Source of the DNA: Candidatus Saccharimonadales bacterium
Lineage (GTDB): Bacteria; Patescibacteriota; Saccharimonadia; Saccharimonadales; EFPC-124
Reading direction: 5' to 3'
NCBI GenBank assembly: GCA_035710125.1
Contig: DASTDY010000077.1
Span: forward strand, 5,401-69,400
DNA length: 64,000 nucleotides
A model generated the notes under the pieces. It did no database searches. It was given only the letters and a program-made list of their open reading frames with translations, and was not told the origin of the DNA. Numbering within the stretch: the first letter of the stretch is position 1; each line of letters opens with the position of its first letter. This document shows, piece by piece, positions 20,745 through 28,394 of this stretch. Both the position numbers and the translations under genes were made by a program.

Positions 20745-20865
20745 TCTGCCGCATCGCAGGCATCTCTTGGTAGTTGCAACATTGGCTCACCCGCGGCGCG
20801 GATGCTGGGCACTCGCCCGGCACCCGCGTCCGCAGATCTGAAATTATTTTAATTATGCAAGATTT

Positions 20866-20894
20866 TTGCATAGATAAGTTATTTAGTATATAGT
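20866..20894 (+). promoter_or_regulatory. promoter of array paralog 4 (TTGCAT-N17-TATAGT)
   Basis: TTGCAT at 20866-20871, 17-nt spacer, TATAGT at 20889-20894, inside an AT-rich spacer. Confidence 0.55.
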
Positions 20895-20936
20895 TTTTGT
20901 TGAGTTGACCCCATCAACCCCAGAGGAGTGGTTAAC

Positions 20937-21671
20937 GTGTTGTTTGGTGTGAGCGTGTTCGGACCTCCCATCGGCCAGATTTTTCCCAAGATCGACGAAC
21001 AAAAGGGTTCGTACGCAGAGTTCGACAGCTTCGATGCCATCACCGGCGACGTGCAGGAGCAGGCGTTGCACTACGAGGTGCTCGGTGAGGTGTCGCCCAA
21101 CGGTTACCGCTTGGGCGAGCACAGGGCGCCGAACTACCCGTCGGTTCTGGTGCAGGCGTCGGGCAACAGGGTGGCGGTTTCTGCCCCAACGTTGATCGAG
21201 GCCAAGTCGGCGTGGAACGACCACCTCGCGGGCATCGACCAGTGGCTCCAAGCCCACTTGCGGTCGCAGGCCTCTCAGCCGATCTCGGTGAGAATCACAG
21301 TGCACGGCCCAGCTGGCACCGAGGCCCTCACCGAATTTCTCGCCGACGGCACTGCCTGCGCCACGTTCGATGACTTCGAGATGGTGCCGGCGCACTTGGC
21401 GGGGGCGAACAACCTGACTTTTGTGGTCACATCGCCGACGCTGCCCAACCATTTCATGATCGGCGGCTTCCGCGTGAGCGAGGAGCCAAGGGCGGGCCAC
21501 TACGGCACGGTGTCGTCCAACGGCCTGAGTCTGCGGGTGCAGTCGCACAACTTGCTGTTCGCCATGAGGGTTGTGTACGTCTTCCTTGGCGCTATCGGCA
21601 AGGACTCCGTGTACGCCACTGAGGCGAGGGATGAGCTCTTGCAGTTGCGCCGCAACGGCAGAATGAGCTGA
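20937..21671 (+). CDS. array paralog 4, two-module protein
   Basis: The GTG at 20937 lies 8 nt after GAGGAG, whereas the track start at 20928 overlaps the SD. LFGVSVFG..NGYRLG..QASGNRVAV..SAWNDHLAGIDQW, then VRITVHG..HFMIGG..SSNGLSLRV..ELLQLRRNG. Confidence 0.7.
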   Translation: MLFGVSVFGPPIGQIFPKIDEQKGSYAEFDSFDAITGDVQEQALHYEVLGEVSPNGYRLGEHRAPNYPSVLVQASGNRVAVSAPTLIEAKSAWNDHLAGIDQWLQAHLRSQASQPISVRITVHGPAGTEALTEFLADGTACATFDDFEMVPAHLAGANNLTFVVTSPTLPNHFMIGGFRVSEEPRAGHYGTVSSNGLSLRVQSHNLLFAMRVVYVFLGAIGKDSVYATEARDELLQLRRNGRMS

Positions 21672-21682
21672 CTCACCGCGGG

Positions 21683-21712
21683 GTGGATGCCGGACAACCG
21701 CTCGGCATCCAC
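21683..21712 (+). terminator. hairpin after array paralog 4
   Basis: GTGGATGCCG (21683-21692) pairs with CGGCATCCAC (21703-21712). Shares GATGCCGGAC with the hairpin at 22564-22595. Confidence 0.6.
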
Positions 21713-21812
21713 GCCCGCAGGCACATGTAATCACCTTTTTAATATTGATTTTATTTTAATTTTAGTTTATAATTTTTACCCGTCAGACAAATTCTGCTTC
21801 GGGAGGATTAGC

Positions 21813-22553
21813 GTGGACGCGCTCCGAATCACTGTTTCTGTTGACCGCAAAGTCGAGGAGGTGCTCGGCCGCCTTTATAAGGGCGAGAATGACGGATACT
21901 GCGTTGACTTCATCGTCTTCGACGACATCCCCGCCAGCGTGGCCGCCGTGGCCACAGGGTGCAGGGTGGTCTGCCCGACGGCTGAGCATCGCTACGCGCT
22001 CGGCACGTTCGACTCAGACATCAGCGTGGACGAGCACACCCTCGAGAGGGTGCGCTACAACGTGACCGGCCGCAGTGCTGTGATCGACGCCAAGACTGTG
22101 GCCGGCGCACGTGCTGCCTGGCAACACCTCATGGCGTGTGTTGCGGCGTGGCGGCCAAACACAACCGGGTTCAACATTCGGGTGTTCGCCGAGGCCGACA
22201 ACCCGCTGACGCCCATCGCAGTGGGCGACGGCCGCGGGTACGCGGATTTCCCCAACCTGGAGTCCGTGCCCACCACGCTGGTAGAGCACGCGCTCACCGT
22301 GGTTGTGGAGTCGCCAGTACCCGACAACTGCTATCAGTTGAGTTCGTACACGGTGTGCGAGGATCCAACTGGCAGGGGAGACCGCGCCAAGGTCACCGCA
22401 ACCGGCATGTCCGTGAAGGTTGCCTCGACCAGCTTGAGTTTCGCCTGGCGTGTGTTCAACCTGTACCTCGGTGGTCTGCCGCAAGTGCCGACGGGGTGCC
22501 GCGAGGAACAGCAGGCTGAGTTCCGGCAGCTGCGCAACAACGCTGTGTCCTGA
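21813..22553 (+). CDS. array paralog 5, two-module protein
   Basis: GTG at 21813 after GGGAGG. TTGATT-N17-TATAAT upstream. LRITVSV..HRYALG..NVTGRSAVI..AAWQHLMACVAAW, then FNIRVFA..CYQLSS..VTATGMSVKV..EFRQLRNN. Confidence 0.65.
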   Translation: MDALRITVSVDRKVEEVLGRLYKGENDGYCVDFIVFDDIPASVAAVATGCRVVCPTAEHRYALGTFDSDISVDEHTLERVRYNVTGRSAVIDAKTVAGARAAWQHLMACVAAWRPNTTGFNIRVFAEADNPLTPIAVGDGRGYADFPNLESVPTTLVEHALTVVVESPVPDNCYQLSSYTVCEDPTGRGDRAKVTATGMSVKVASTSLSFAWRVFNLYLGGLPQVPTGCREEQQAEFRQLRNNAVS

Positions 22554-22563
22554 CAACCGCGAT

Positions 22564-22595
22564 GCAGATGCCGGACGGGAACGTCCGGCATCTGC
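22564..22595 (+). terminator. 14-bp perfect hairpin (GGAA loop) after array paralog 5
   Basis: GCAGATGCCGGACG-GGAA-CGTCCGGCATCTGC. Confidence 0.65.
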
Positions 22596-22676
22596 TCGCG
22601 CAAACCGCCCTTCTGTAATCAGCGGTAGCATTAAAGTATAATTTTATTTTGTCAGTCCAATCGAGTAGGGAGGAAC

Positions 22677-23081
22677 GTGAGCGACAAAGCGCTTACAATT
22701 GTGGTGTTCACCAAGGCTGCAGGCCTGGGCACCGGACGTTTCGCTTCGGATTCCGAGGAGCAGGAAACGTTTCAGACGTTCAACCAGATCCCCGAAGAGC
22801 TCGCCAAAAAAGTGATTCGCTGCCGTGTAAGCAGTGAAGTTGCAGAAAGCGGCTACGGCCTGGGCGAAACCGAAAGGCGGTTTGGCCCTATCGCCGACGA
22901 GCAGGTAGTGCGCCTTACGTCGACGGGTGTGTGGCTGTGTGTCGAGGGCCCCAATGTGGCTTCCGTCCGTGAGGCATGGGACTACCACTTGAAGGAGATC
23001 GGAAACTGGCGCCGTGCCAACTGGTCACCACGGCGCGTTGCCATGCCGGGTGAGTACGGCGAGCAGGATCCGCTCAGGTGA
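22677..23081 (+). CDS. array paralog 6, single-module protein
   Basis: GTG after AGGGAGGA. TATAAT at about 22645. LTIVVFT..SGYGLG..LTSTGVWLCV..EAWDYHLKEIGNW. Confidence 0.65.
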   Translation: MSDKALTIVVFTKAAGLGTGRFASDSEEQETFQTFNQIPEELAKKVIRCRVSSEVAESGYGLGETERRFGPIADEQVVRLTSTGVWLCVEGPNVASVREAWDYHLKEIGNWRRANWSPRRVAMPGEYGEQDPLR

Positions 23082-23133
23082 ACGTGGTGAACTAGTGATC
23101 TTGAGTTCTCCCTGAGCTACGGCTGATCGACGG

Positions 23134-23173
23134 CGAGGCAGGTACAGGACATTACTGCCCTAGACCTGCCTCG
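23134..23173 (+). terminator. 10-bp hairpin closing the array
   Basis: CGAGGCAGGT (23134-23143) pairs with ACCTGCCTCG (23164-23173). Confidence 0.55.
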
Positions 23174-23209
23174 CGCAACCGCCCCTGTTGTGCTACTATA
23201 GCTAGCAGT

Positions 23210-25531
23210 ATGGCGACACTAAAAGAACTCCGCGACGAACGGCTCCGCAAGTTAAATGAGCTTACACAATTGGGCGTTAACCCGTATCCGGCTAAAGCCG
23301 AGCGCACGCATACATTACGGGCAGTTAACGAGCAGTTTGCCAAGCTTGAAGGCGCACAGGCCAGTGTAGTTGGCCGTATCACCAACATCCGCAAATTTGG
23401 CAAAATAGCTTTTGTGGTAATTCGCGACGCTACTGGTAGTTTGCAATTATTTTTGGGTGCCGATAAAGTTGCGGACTTAAACGCCGAAGACTCGCAAATT
23501 GGGTTCGACCAACTGCCGCTACTAGATTCAGGCGATTTTATCCAGGCCGACGGCCAGATAATCAAAACCAAAACTGGCGAAATCAGCATTGGAGTAGAAC
23601 GTCTGCGCCTGCTCACTAAATCGCTCCGCCCGCTGCCTGGCGCGCACGATGGTTTTACCAACAAAGAAGAACGCCTGCGCCGCCGCTACGTAGACACCAA
23701 CGCCAACCCTGACGTATACGAACGCTTTTTACGCCGCAGCGCGTTTTGGCAAGCCACACGCGACTTTTTGTTGAGCGCTGAATTTGTAGAAATCAACACG
23801 CCAGTGTTAGAACTTACCACCGGTGGGGCAGACGCCAACCCATTTGTTACCCACATGGACGCCCTAAACCAAGATTTTTACCTGCGCATTAGCCACGAAC
23901 TGCCATTAAAGCGTTTGTTAGTTGGCGGCTACGAAAAAGTCTTTGATATTGGCCCCCGGTTCCGTAACGAAAATTACTCAGACGAACACCTACCCGAGCA
24001 CATCGCCATGGAATGGTACTGGGCCTACGCCGACTGGAACATGGGCATGCGCTTAACTGAACAGTTGGTGCGTAGTATTGCCGACAAAACCTGGGGCACC
24101 CGCCAGTTCACCCTGGCAAATGGCATGCAGGTAGACCTTGGCGCAGACGGCGAAGACTGGCCGCGCATTAGCTTTGTAAATATTATGCAGGAGCATTTTG
24201 GCCTAAACGTGTTTACCTGCACGCTCGACGAAGTAAAAGCCCAGCTTAAAAAATACGGTGTCGAAGTAGAGAAGTCAGAGAATAGGCCGCGCGGCATTGA
24301 TAAATTATGGAAGAAGATTCGCGGTACCCTGCCTGGCCCCGCATTTTTAGTTGATATTCCAACCTTTTTGCAGCCACTCGCCAAAACCCAAGCCAGCAAC
24401 CCCGAGCTAACTGAACAATTTAACTTGCTCCTGGGCGGCAGCGAATTATGTAAGGCGTACTCTGAGCTCAACGACCCCATAGACCAATTGAACAGATTTG
24501 TTGAACAACAAGCCATGCGCGACGCCGGCGACGATGAAGCTATGATGCTCGACATCGACTACGTTGAAGCCCTGGAATACGCCATGCCCCCAGCCTGCGG
24601 ATTTGGCTTTAGCGAACGCCTATTTTGGGTGCTAGAAGGCGTCACCGCCCGCGAAGGCGTGATATTCCCAGCCCTTCGCCGCGAAATAGACGAAACCACC
24701 AAAACGGTATATCCCGATTTAAAATTTGAGGCGCCTGCACCAAAACCGGCGCCCAAAGCATCAGCCAAAGACCTGCCAGAATCCGCAGCCGAGCAGGGGA
24801 CGGTCAAGCTATATTTAGATAATTACCAACTAACCGAATGCAACGCCACGTTGGTAAGCACAGAAGATCTTGGCGAAGGCAGCTACCGTTTTGTACTAGA
24901 CCAAACCTGCCTGTATCCGGGCGGTGGCGGCCAAGATTTCGACCTCGGCAAATTAGAATGGGACGGCGGCGAGCTTGTTTTAACCTCTGTCAGCAAAGAT
25001 AAAGACGGCATTGTGTACCACGACGGCACCCTGCAAGGCGAGCTGCCAAAACCAGGCGACCGCATAGAATGCGAAGTAGACGAACCCCGCCGTTTATTAA
25101 ACTCGCGCCTGCACTGTGCCGGTCATTTAATAGACTACGCAATCGCAAAACTCGGCAAAGACTGGAAAGCCGGCAAGGGCGCGCACTACCCAGGCCGCAG
25201 CTACGTAGAATACGACGGCGAATATGTGGCCGAAGAATCCGAAACCCTGGCGCGCTCAATCGAAACCGTGCTGCAAAACCTAGTGCAAGAAGGCGGCGCA
25301 ATCACACCATCGCGCGTACCCGGCGCCGACGCCAACAAATACAGCGCCTACCTGCCGCAAACCATTTTAGATTCTTACAAAAACGTGCACGTCACCAAAT
25401 ACCCGCACGACTTTGCAGTGTGCTGCGGCGGGACACATCTTAAAGACGTATCCGAGCTCGGTGAAGTAAAAATCACAAAGATTAAGAAAAAAGATGGCCA
25501 TATCCGCGTAAGTTACGAATTGGTGAGTTAG
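23210..25531 (+). CDS. lysS: class II lysyl-tRNA synthetase fused to a C-terminal AlaX-like (tRNA_SAD) editing-type domain
   Basis: LysRS core (OB fold, GPRFRNENYSDEHLPEH, class II motifs) to about aa 500. A Pro/Ala/Lys linker follows, then a domain with HxxxH (LHCAGHLI) and CxxxH (CCGGTH) motifs. Confidence 0.85.
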   Translation: MATLKELRDERLRKLNELTQLGVNPYPAKAERTHTLRAVNEQFAKLEGAQASVVGRITNIRKFGKIAFVVIRDATGSLQLFLGADKVADLNAEDSQIGFDQLPLLDSGDFIQADGQIIKTKTGEISIGVERLRLLTKSLRPLPGAHDGFTNKEERLRRRYVDTNANPDVYERFLRRSAFWQATRDFLLSAEFVEINTPVLELTTGGADANPFVTHMDALNQDFYLRISHELPLKRLLVGGYEKVFDIGPRFRNENYSDEHLPEHIAMEWYWAYADWNMGMRLTEQLVRSIADKTWGTRQFTLANGMQVDLGADGEDWPRISFVNIMQEHFGLNVFTCTLDEVKAQLKKYGVEVEKSENRPRGIDKLWKKIRGTLPGPAFLVDIPTFLQPLAKTQASNPELTEQFNLLLGGSELCKAYSELNDPIDQLNRFVEQQAMRDAGDDEAMMLDIDYVEALEYAMPPACGFGFSERLFWVLEGVTAREGVIFPALRREIDETTKTVYPDLKFEAPAPKPAPKASAKDLPESAAEQGTVKLYLDNYQLTECNATLVSTEDLGEGSYRFVLDQTCLYPGGGGQDFDLGKLEWDGGELVLTSVSKDKDGIVYHDGTLQGELPKPGDRIECEVDEPRRLLNSRLHCAGHLIDYAIAKLGKDWKAGKGAHYPGRSYVEYDGEYVAEESETLARSIETVLQNLVQEGGAITPSRVPGADANKYSAYLPQTILDSYKNVHVTKYPHDFAVCCGGTHLKDVSELGEVKITKIKKKDGHIRVSYELVS

Positions 25532-26242
25532 GTGAACTCCAACTATTTGATTAGCTTCAAGGAGGAGCTGGAACAGATTGATAAACTCGTAGCAACGCCA
25601 AATCTTATACGGGAGTTTGCCATAAGTCAACTCAGGGGAGTGACACGAAAGGCGACTCTCTCATATCAAGACAATTTAAAGATAAACAACGCTATCCAAG
25701 CCTTGGCGAATATTAAGGATGCCTCTATTAGCAGTAACTATCGTGTGATTTATAATCAGGTGTGTGTCTTGGCAGCATCGGCGCTTGAAGCTATTTTAAA
25801 GCGATATTTTATCGATGCCGCTAATGATTACACCCGACTCAATCTAAATAATAAAAAGCTAGATGAGATCAAGGTGACTCTGAGAGTGCTAATAGACAAA
25901 GACCTTAAAGAAGGAACACTTGGAGAAAATATAATTTTATCTGATAACAGTTTAAAATTTCAAGATTTACAGTCGATTAAGCGTGCCTTTTTAGATTATT
26001 TTTCCGGCATGAGCCTGAATTTAGATACGGATCTAGAGAAGAAATTAATTTTTTACCTTGAAGTTAGACACGTAATTGTACATAAATCCTCGTATGTGGA
26101 TAAAAAGTTTTTGCATGCAACGAGTGGTCGTGAAGCAAATTTACGGAGTTGGCAACTGGGCGATAAAGTACAGCTTGATGAAGAAGATTGGAAGAGCATA
26201 AAAGAGTCGTATGCTCTATTATTGGCTGAGATAATTAAGTAA
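25532..26242 (+). CDS. AT-rich gene, HEPN-like protein (Rx4H motif)
   Basis: Visibly AT-rich 236-aa ORF starting at a GTG right after the lysS stop. All-helical-looking, with LEVRHVIVHKSSY (R-x4-H). Confidence 0.45.
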   Translation: MNSNYLISFKEELEQIDKLVATPNLIREFAISQLRGVTRKATLSYQDNLKINNAIQALANIKDASISSNYRVIYNQVCVLAASALEAILKRYFIDAANDYTRLNLNNKKLDEIKVTLRVLIDKDLKEGTLGENIILSDNSLKFQDLQSIKRAFLDYFSGMSLNLDTDLEKKLIFYLEVRHVIVHKSSYVDKKFLHATSGREANLRSWQLGDKVQLDEEDWKSIKESYALLLAEIIK

Positions 26243-26245
26243 TTA

Positions 26246-26274
26246 TTGACAAAACCCCAAATTCGTGCTACACT
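26246..26274 (+). promoter_or_regulatory. consensus-like promoter driving a non-coding transcript
   Basis: TTGACA (26246-26251), 17-nt spacer, TACACT (26269-26274). No ORF follows. Confidence 0.55.
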
Positions 26275-26279
26275 GCAAG

Positions 26280-26851
26280 TACCAATCGTTTCTCTTACAT
26301 AAAAATTCGGTAAACAGTTGTCTGCATGTAGCTTAATAAGTCGCTATGCAGGGCTAAAGCCGCGTTCGCGCCTGGGAACAGGTGTGGGTATCGGGATAAT
26401 AATCAAAACCAGGTGCTTTCGTGCCAATGAAAAGGCACGCGGGTGTGATGCTATCTACGTCCAATGTCACTGGCAAAAGACTGCAGAAGATAGCGTATGC
26501 GGATAGGGCGTATGGTGTTTGCTTGACCTTCTAAGCGAGCTTTGGGGAAACCCGGAGCAGCCTATGGTTGGAATGGCGCAGTGTGCGGACCGCCGCCAAA
26601 CAGGCAACTGTTTGCCGAATTACATCTAAAAAGCTTCTTGCCAACCGGCAAGCGACCGTAGGAACCCAAAGATAGGCACAAGAAGGCCTGGGCCACGGAT
26701 CGTACCAGAAAGCAACCAGATGTTTTTACGAGAAATTATTGCGCGCCAGTGCGTAGGGCGCAGCCTAAAAGTAGGGCAGTTATACTACTTTGTACATTTG
26801 CGCACAGAAACGATTTTAAAACCCCGCTAGGCGAAGGCTTGGCGGGGTTTT
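26280..26851 (+). ncRNA. about 570-nt structured RNA, possibly a divergent RNase P RNA
   Basis: Promoter and intrinsic terminator (AAAACCCCGC...GCGGGGTTTT, 26818-26851) bracket an ORF-free region. A 10-bp 5'-3' closing helix pairs AATCGTTTCT (26284-26293) with AGAAACGATT (26806-26815). Several hairpins have UUCG or GNRA loops. Blocks resemble RNase P conserved regions: UAAGUCGCUAUGCAGGGC, GGGGAAACCCGGAGCAGCCUAUGG, CAGAUG, ACAGAAAC. Confidence 0.45.
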
Positions 26852-26960
26852 AATAAAATGGTGCAGGCACTATTTTACGGGATTATTATTTTGACTTTTT
26901 TACTCTTATATTTTATCATATATTGAGGTTTACCCATCTCCAATCGACTGAGGAGTTTCG

Positions 26961-27860
26961 ATGCAGCAGTTCGACCTTTCCTGGTACGAGGGCGTCACCG
27001 ACAAGAAGTTTGCCGACGTCACGCCGGGTTCGGTTCTGACGTACCAGATCTGGAGTCCTACCAGCGAGCAGGACGGCGCCATGCGCGTGCTCACCGAACC
27101 GTTCGCGCGGACCACGTGGCACGGCAACGTCGACCACAGCACCCACAACCGCGGGGAGTGGCTGGAGTTCCAGGTCGTCTACGGCGAGCTGGTGTTCAAC
27201 CACAGCGCCAAGCTGTTCGGCGAGCCGGACTGGCGGGTGTACCCCGAGGGTCTGGGTGAGCCGCCTGCAGCTACACCGGCTGTGGTGGTCTGGCGCACCG
27301 AGCGCGAGCCCCACCTCATTCCGGTGGCTTCCATCTGGTGGGGCGAGCCGGGGCAGGACGCCGAGGAGTTCCGTCAGCAGGTGTTGGCGGAACTGCCTCA
27401 GCCGTTGGCTGTGGAGGAGCGTTTCGCCCTCCGCGAGGGCACGCCGGTGACGGTGCTGGTGGTTGCCGAGCAGAGCGAGGAGCTCACCGAGCTCCTCGGG
27501 CAGCTCAACCACCCGCTGGTCACGGTCAAGGCGGCGCACTCGGCCGAGGAGACCCTGGCCAAGCTGAACGGTACCGATGTGATCATCGTGGCCGATGAAC
27601 TGCCGATCCGTGCCGGCGAGCAGCCCGTGCGGACGTACTGCGCCGGGTTCATCAGGGATGGCTTGGTGCAGCTCGACATCCCGCTCATCGGCTGGCCCGT
27701 GAACGTGCTTCGGCGCCGCAACAGGGAAGACAACCCCGACCTGGTGACGATGCACCTGCAGGCCGAGTGCGGCCAGGTGCTGGGTGCCATGCCGGAACGG
27801 GGGCGCGTGCCCCTGCACCACGTGCTGGACGCCCTCGGTGTCCACACCACCTACGTGTAA
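26961..27860 (+). CDS. GC-rich cassette gene F, with a receiver (CheY)-like central segment
   Basis: GAGGAG SD and ATG. TTGACT-N17-TATCAT upstream. VTVLVVAEQSEELTELLGQL..VTVKAAHSAEETLAKLNGTDVIIVADELP resembles a degenerate REC domain. A fully antisense 326-aa ORF was rejected. Confidence 0.55.
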   Translation: MQQFDLSWYEGVTDKKFADVTPGSVLTYQIWSPTSEQDGAMRVLTEPFARTTWHGNVDHSTHNRGEWLEFQVVYGELVFNHSAKLFGEPDWRVYPEGLGEPPAATPAVVVWRTEREPHLIPVASIWWGEPGQDAEEFRQQVLAELPQPLAVEERFALREGTPVTVLVVAEQSEELTELLGQLNHPLVTVKAAHSAEETLAKLNGTDVIIVADELPIRAGEQPVRTYCAGFIRDGLVQLDIPLIGWPVNVLRRRNREDNPDLVTMHLQAECGQVLGAMPERGRVPLHHVLDALGVHTTYV

Positions 27861-27977
27861 CCACGCGTTACACAGCCCAGGACTGTCAGGGCACACTGTG
27901 ACAGCACCCGTCGGCCGCTCTTTAAAAAGGGCAGCCGGCGGGGATTACCGCAATGCACAAATCGTCTTCGGACGATT

Positions 27978-28358
27978 TTATTTAATTTCGGTCAGTTCAA
28001 TATCAAATACTAAGTCTGAATTTGCTGGAATATTCGGCGATGGCGAAGCGCTGCCGTATGCCTGCGCAGCAGGAATGATTAACCGACGGGTGCCGCCAAC
28101 TTTCATGCCGGGTACACCTTTTTGCCAGCCTTCGATCACGCCATTGAGCGGAAAGGTAATAGGCTGGCCAAAGTCGTGTGAGCTTTGAAAGATTGTGCCA
28201 TCTGCCACCAATGCGCCGGTATAGTGTGCGGTAATGGTAGCGCCTGCTGGCACGGGATCGCCCGAACCTTGTACGGTGTCGATAATTTGTAATTCGGTAA
28301 CTTGGGCTTGCGGCTCAAAATTTGTTAGTTTTGTGCCTTCTAATTTAGTTGTATCCAT
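27978..28358 (-). CDS. FKBP-type peptidyl-prolyl cis-trans isomerase
   Basis: ITAHYTGALVADGTIFQSSHDFGQPITFPLNGVIEGWQKGVPGMKVGGTRRLIIP..LVFDIELTEI. Start moved to the ATG at 28358. Confidence 0.9.
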   Translation of the reverse strand: MDTTKLEGTKLTNFEPQAQVTELQIIDTVQGSGDPVPAGATITAHYTGALVADGTIFQSSHDFGQPITFPLNGVIEGWQKGVPGMKVGGTRRLIIPAAQAYGSASPSPNIPANSDLVFDIELTEIK

Positions 28359-28394
28359 TCCACGATTGTACCAAATGGCTGCTACAATAGGGCA

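Noticed and set aside
18651-22641. Many long overlapping ORFs on both strands across the paralog array (for example 18753..19448 minus, 20883..21734 minus, 22014..22631 minus)
   Set aside because: They are a by-product of high GC content. Only the plus-strand set shows conserved paralogous motifs, SD sequences and terminators.
26916-27896. 326-aa minus-strand ORF fully antisense to 26961..27860
   Set aside because: Its composition is typical of wrong-strand translation of GC-rich DNA (Leu/Arg/Gly/His/Val-rich). It has no promoter or SD. The plus-strand ORF has an SD, a promoter and protein-like composition.
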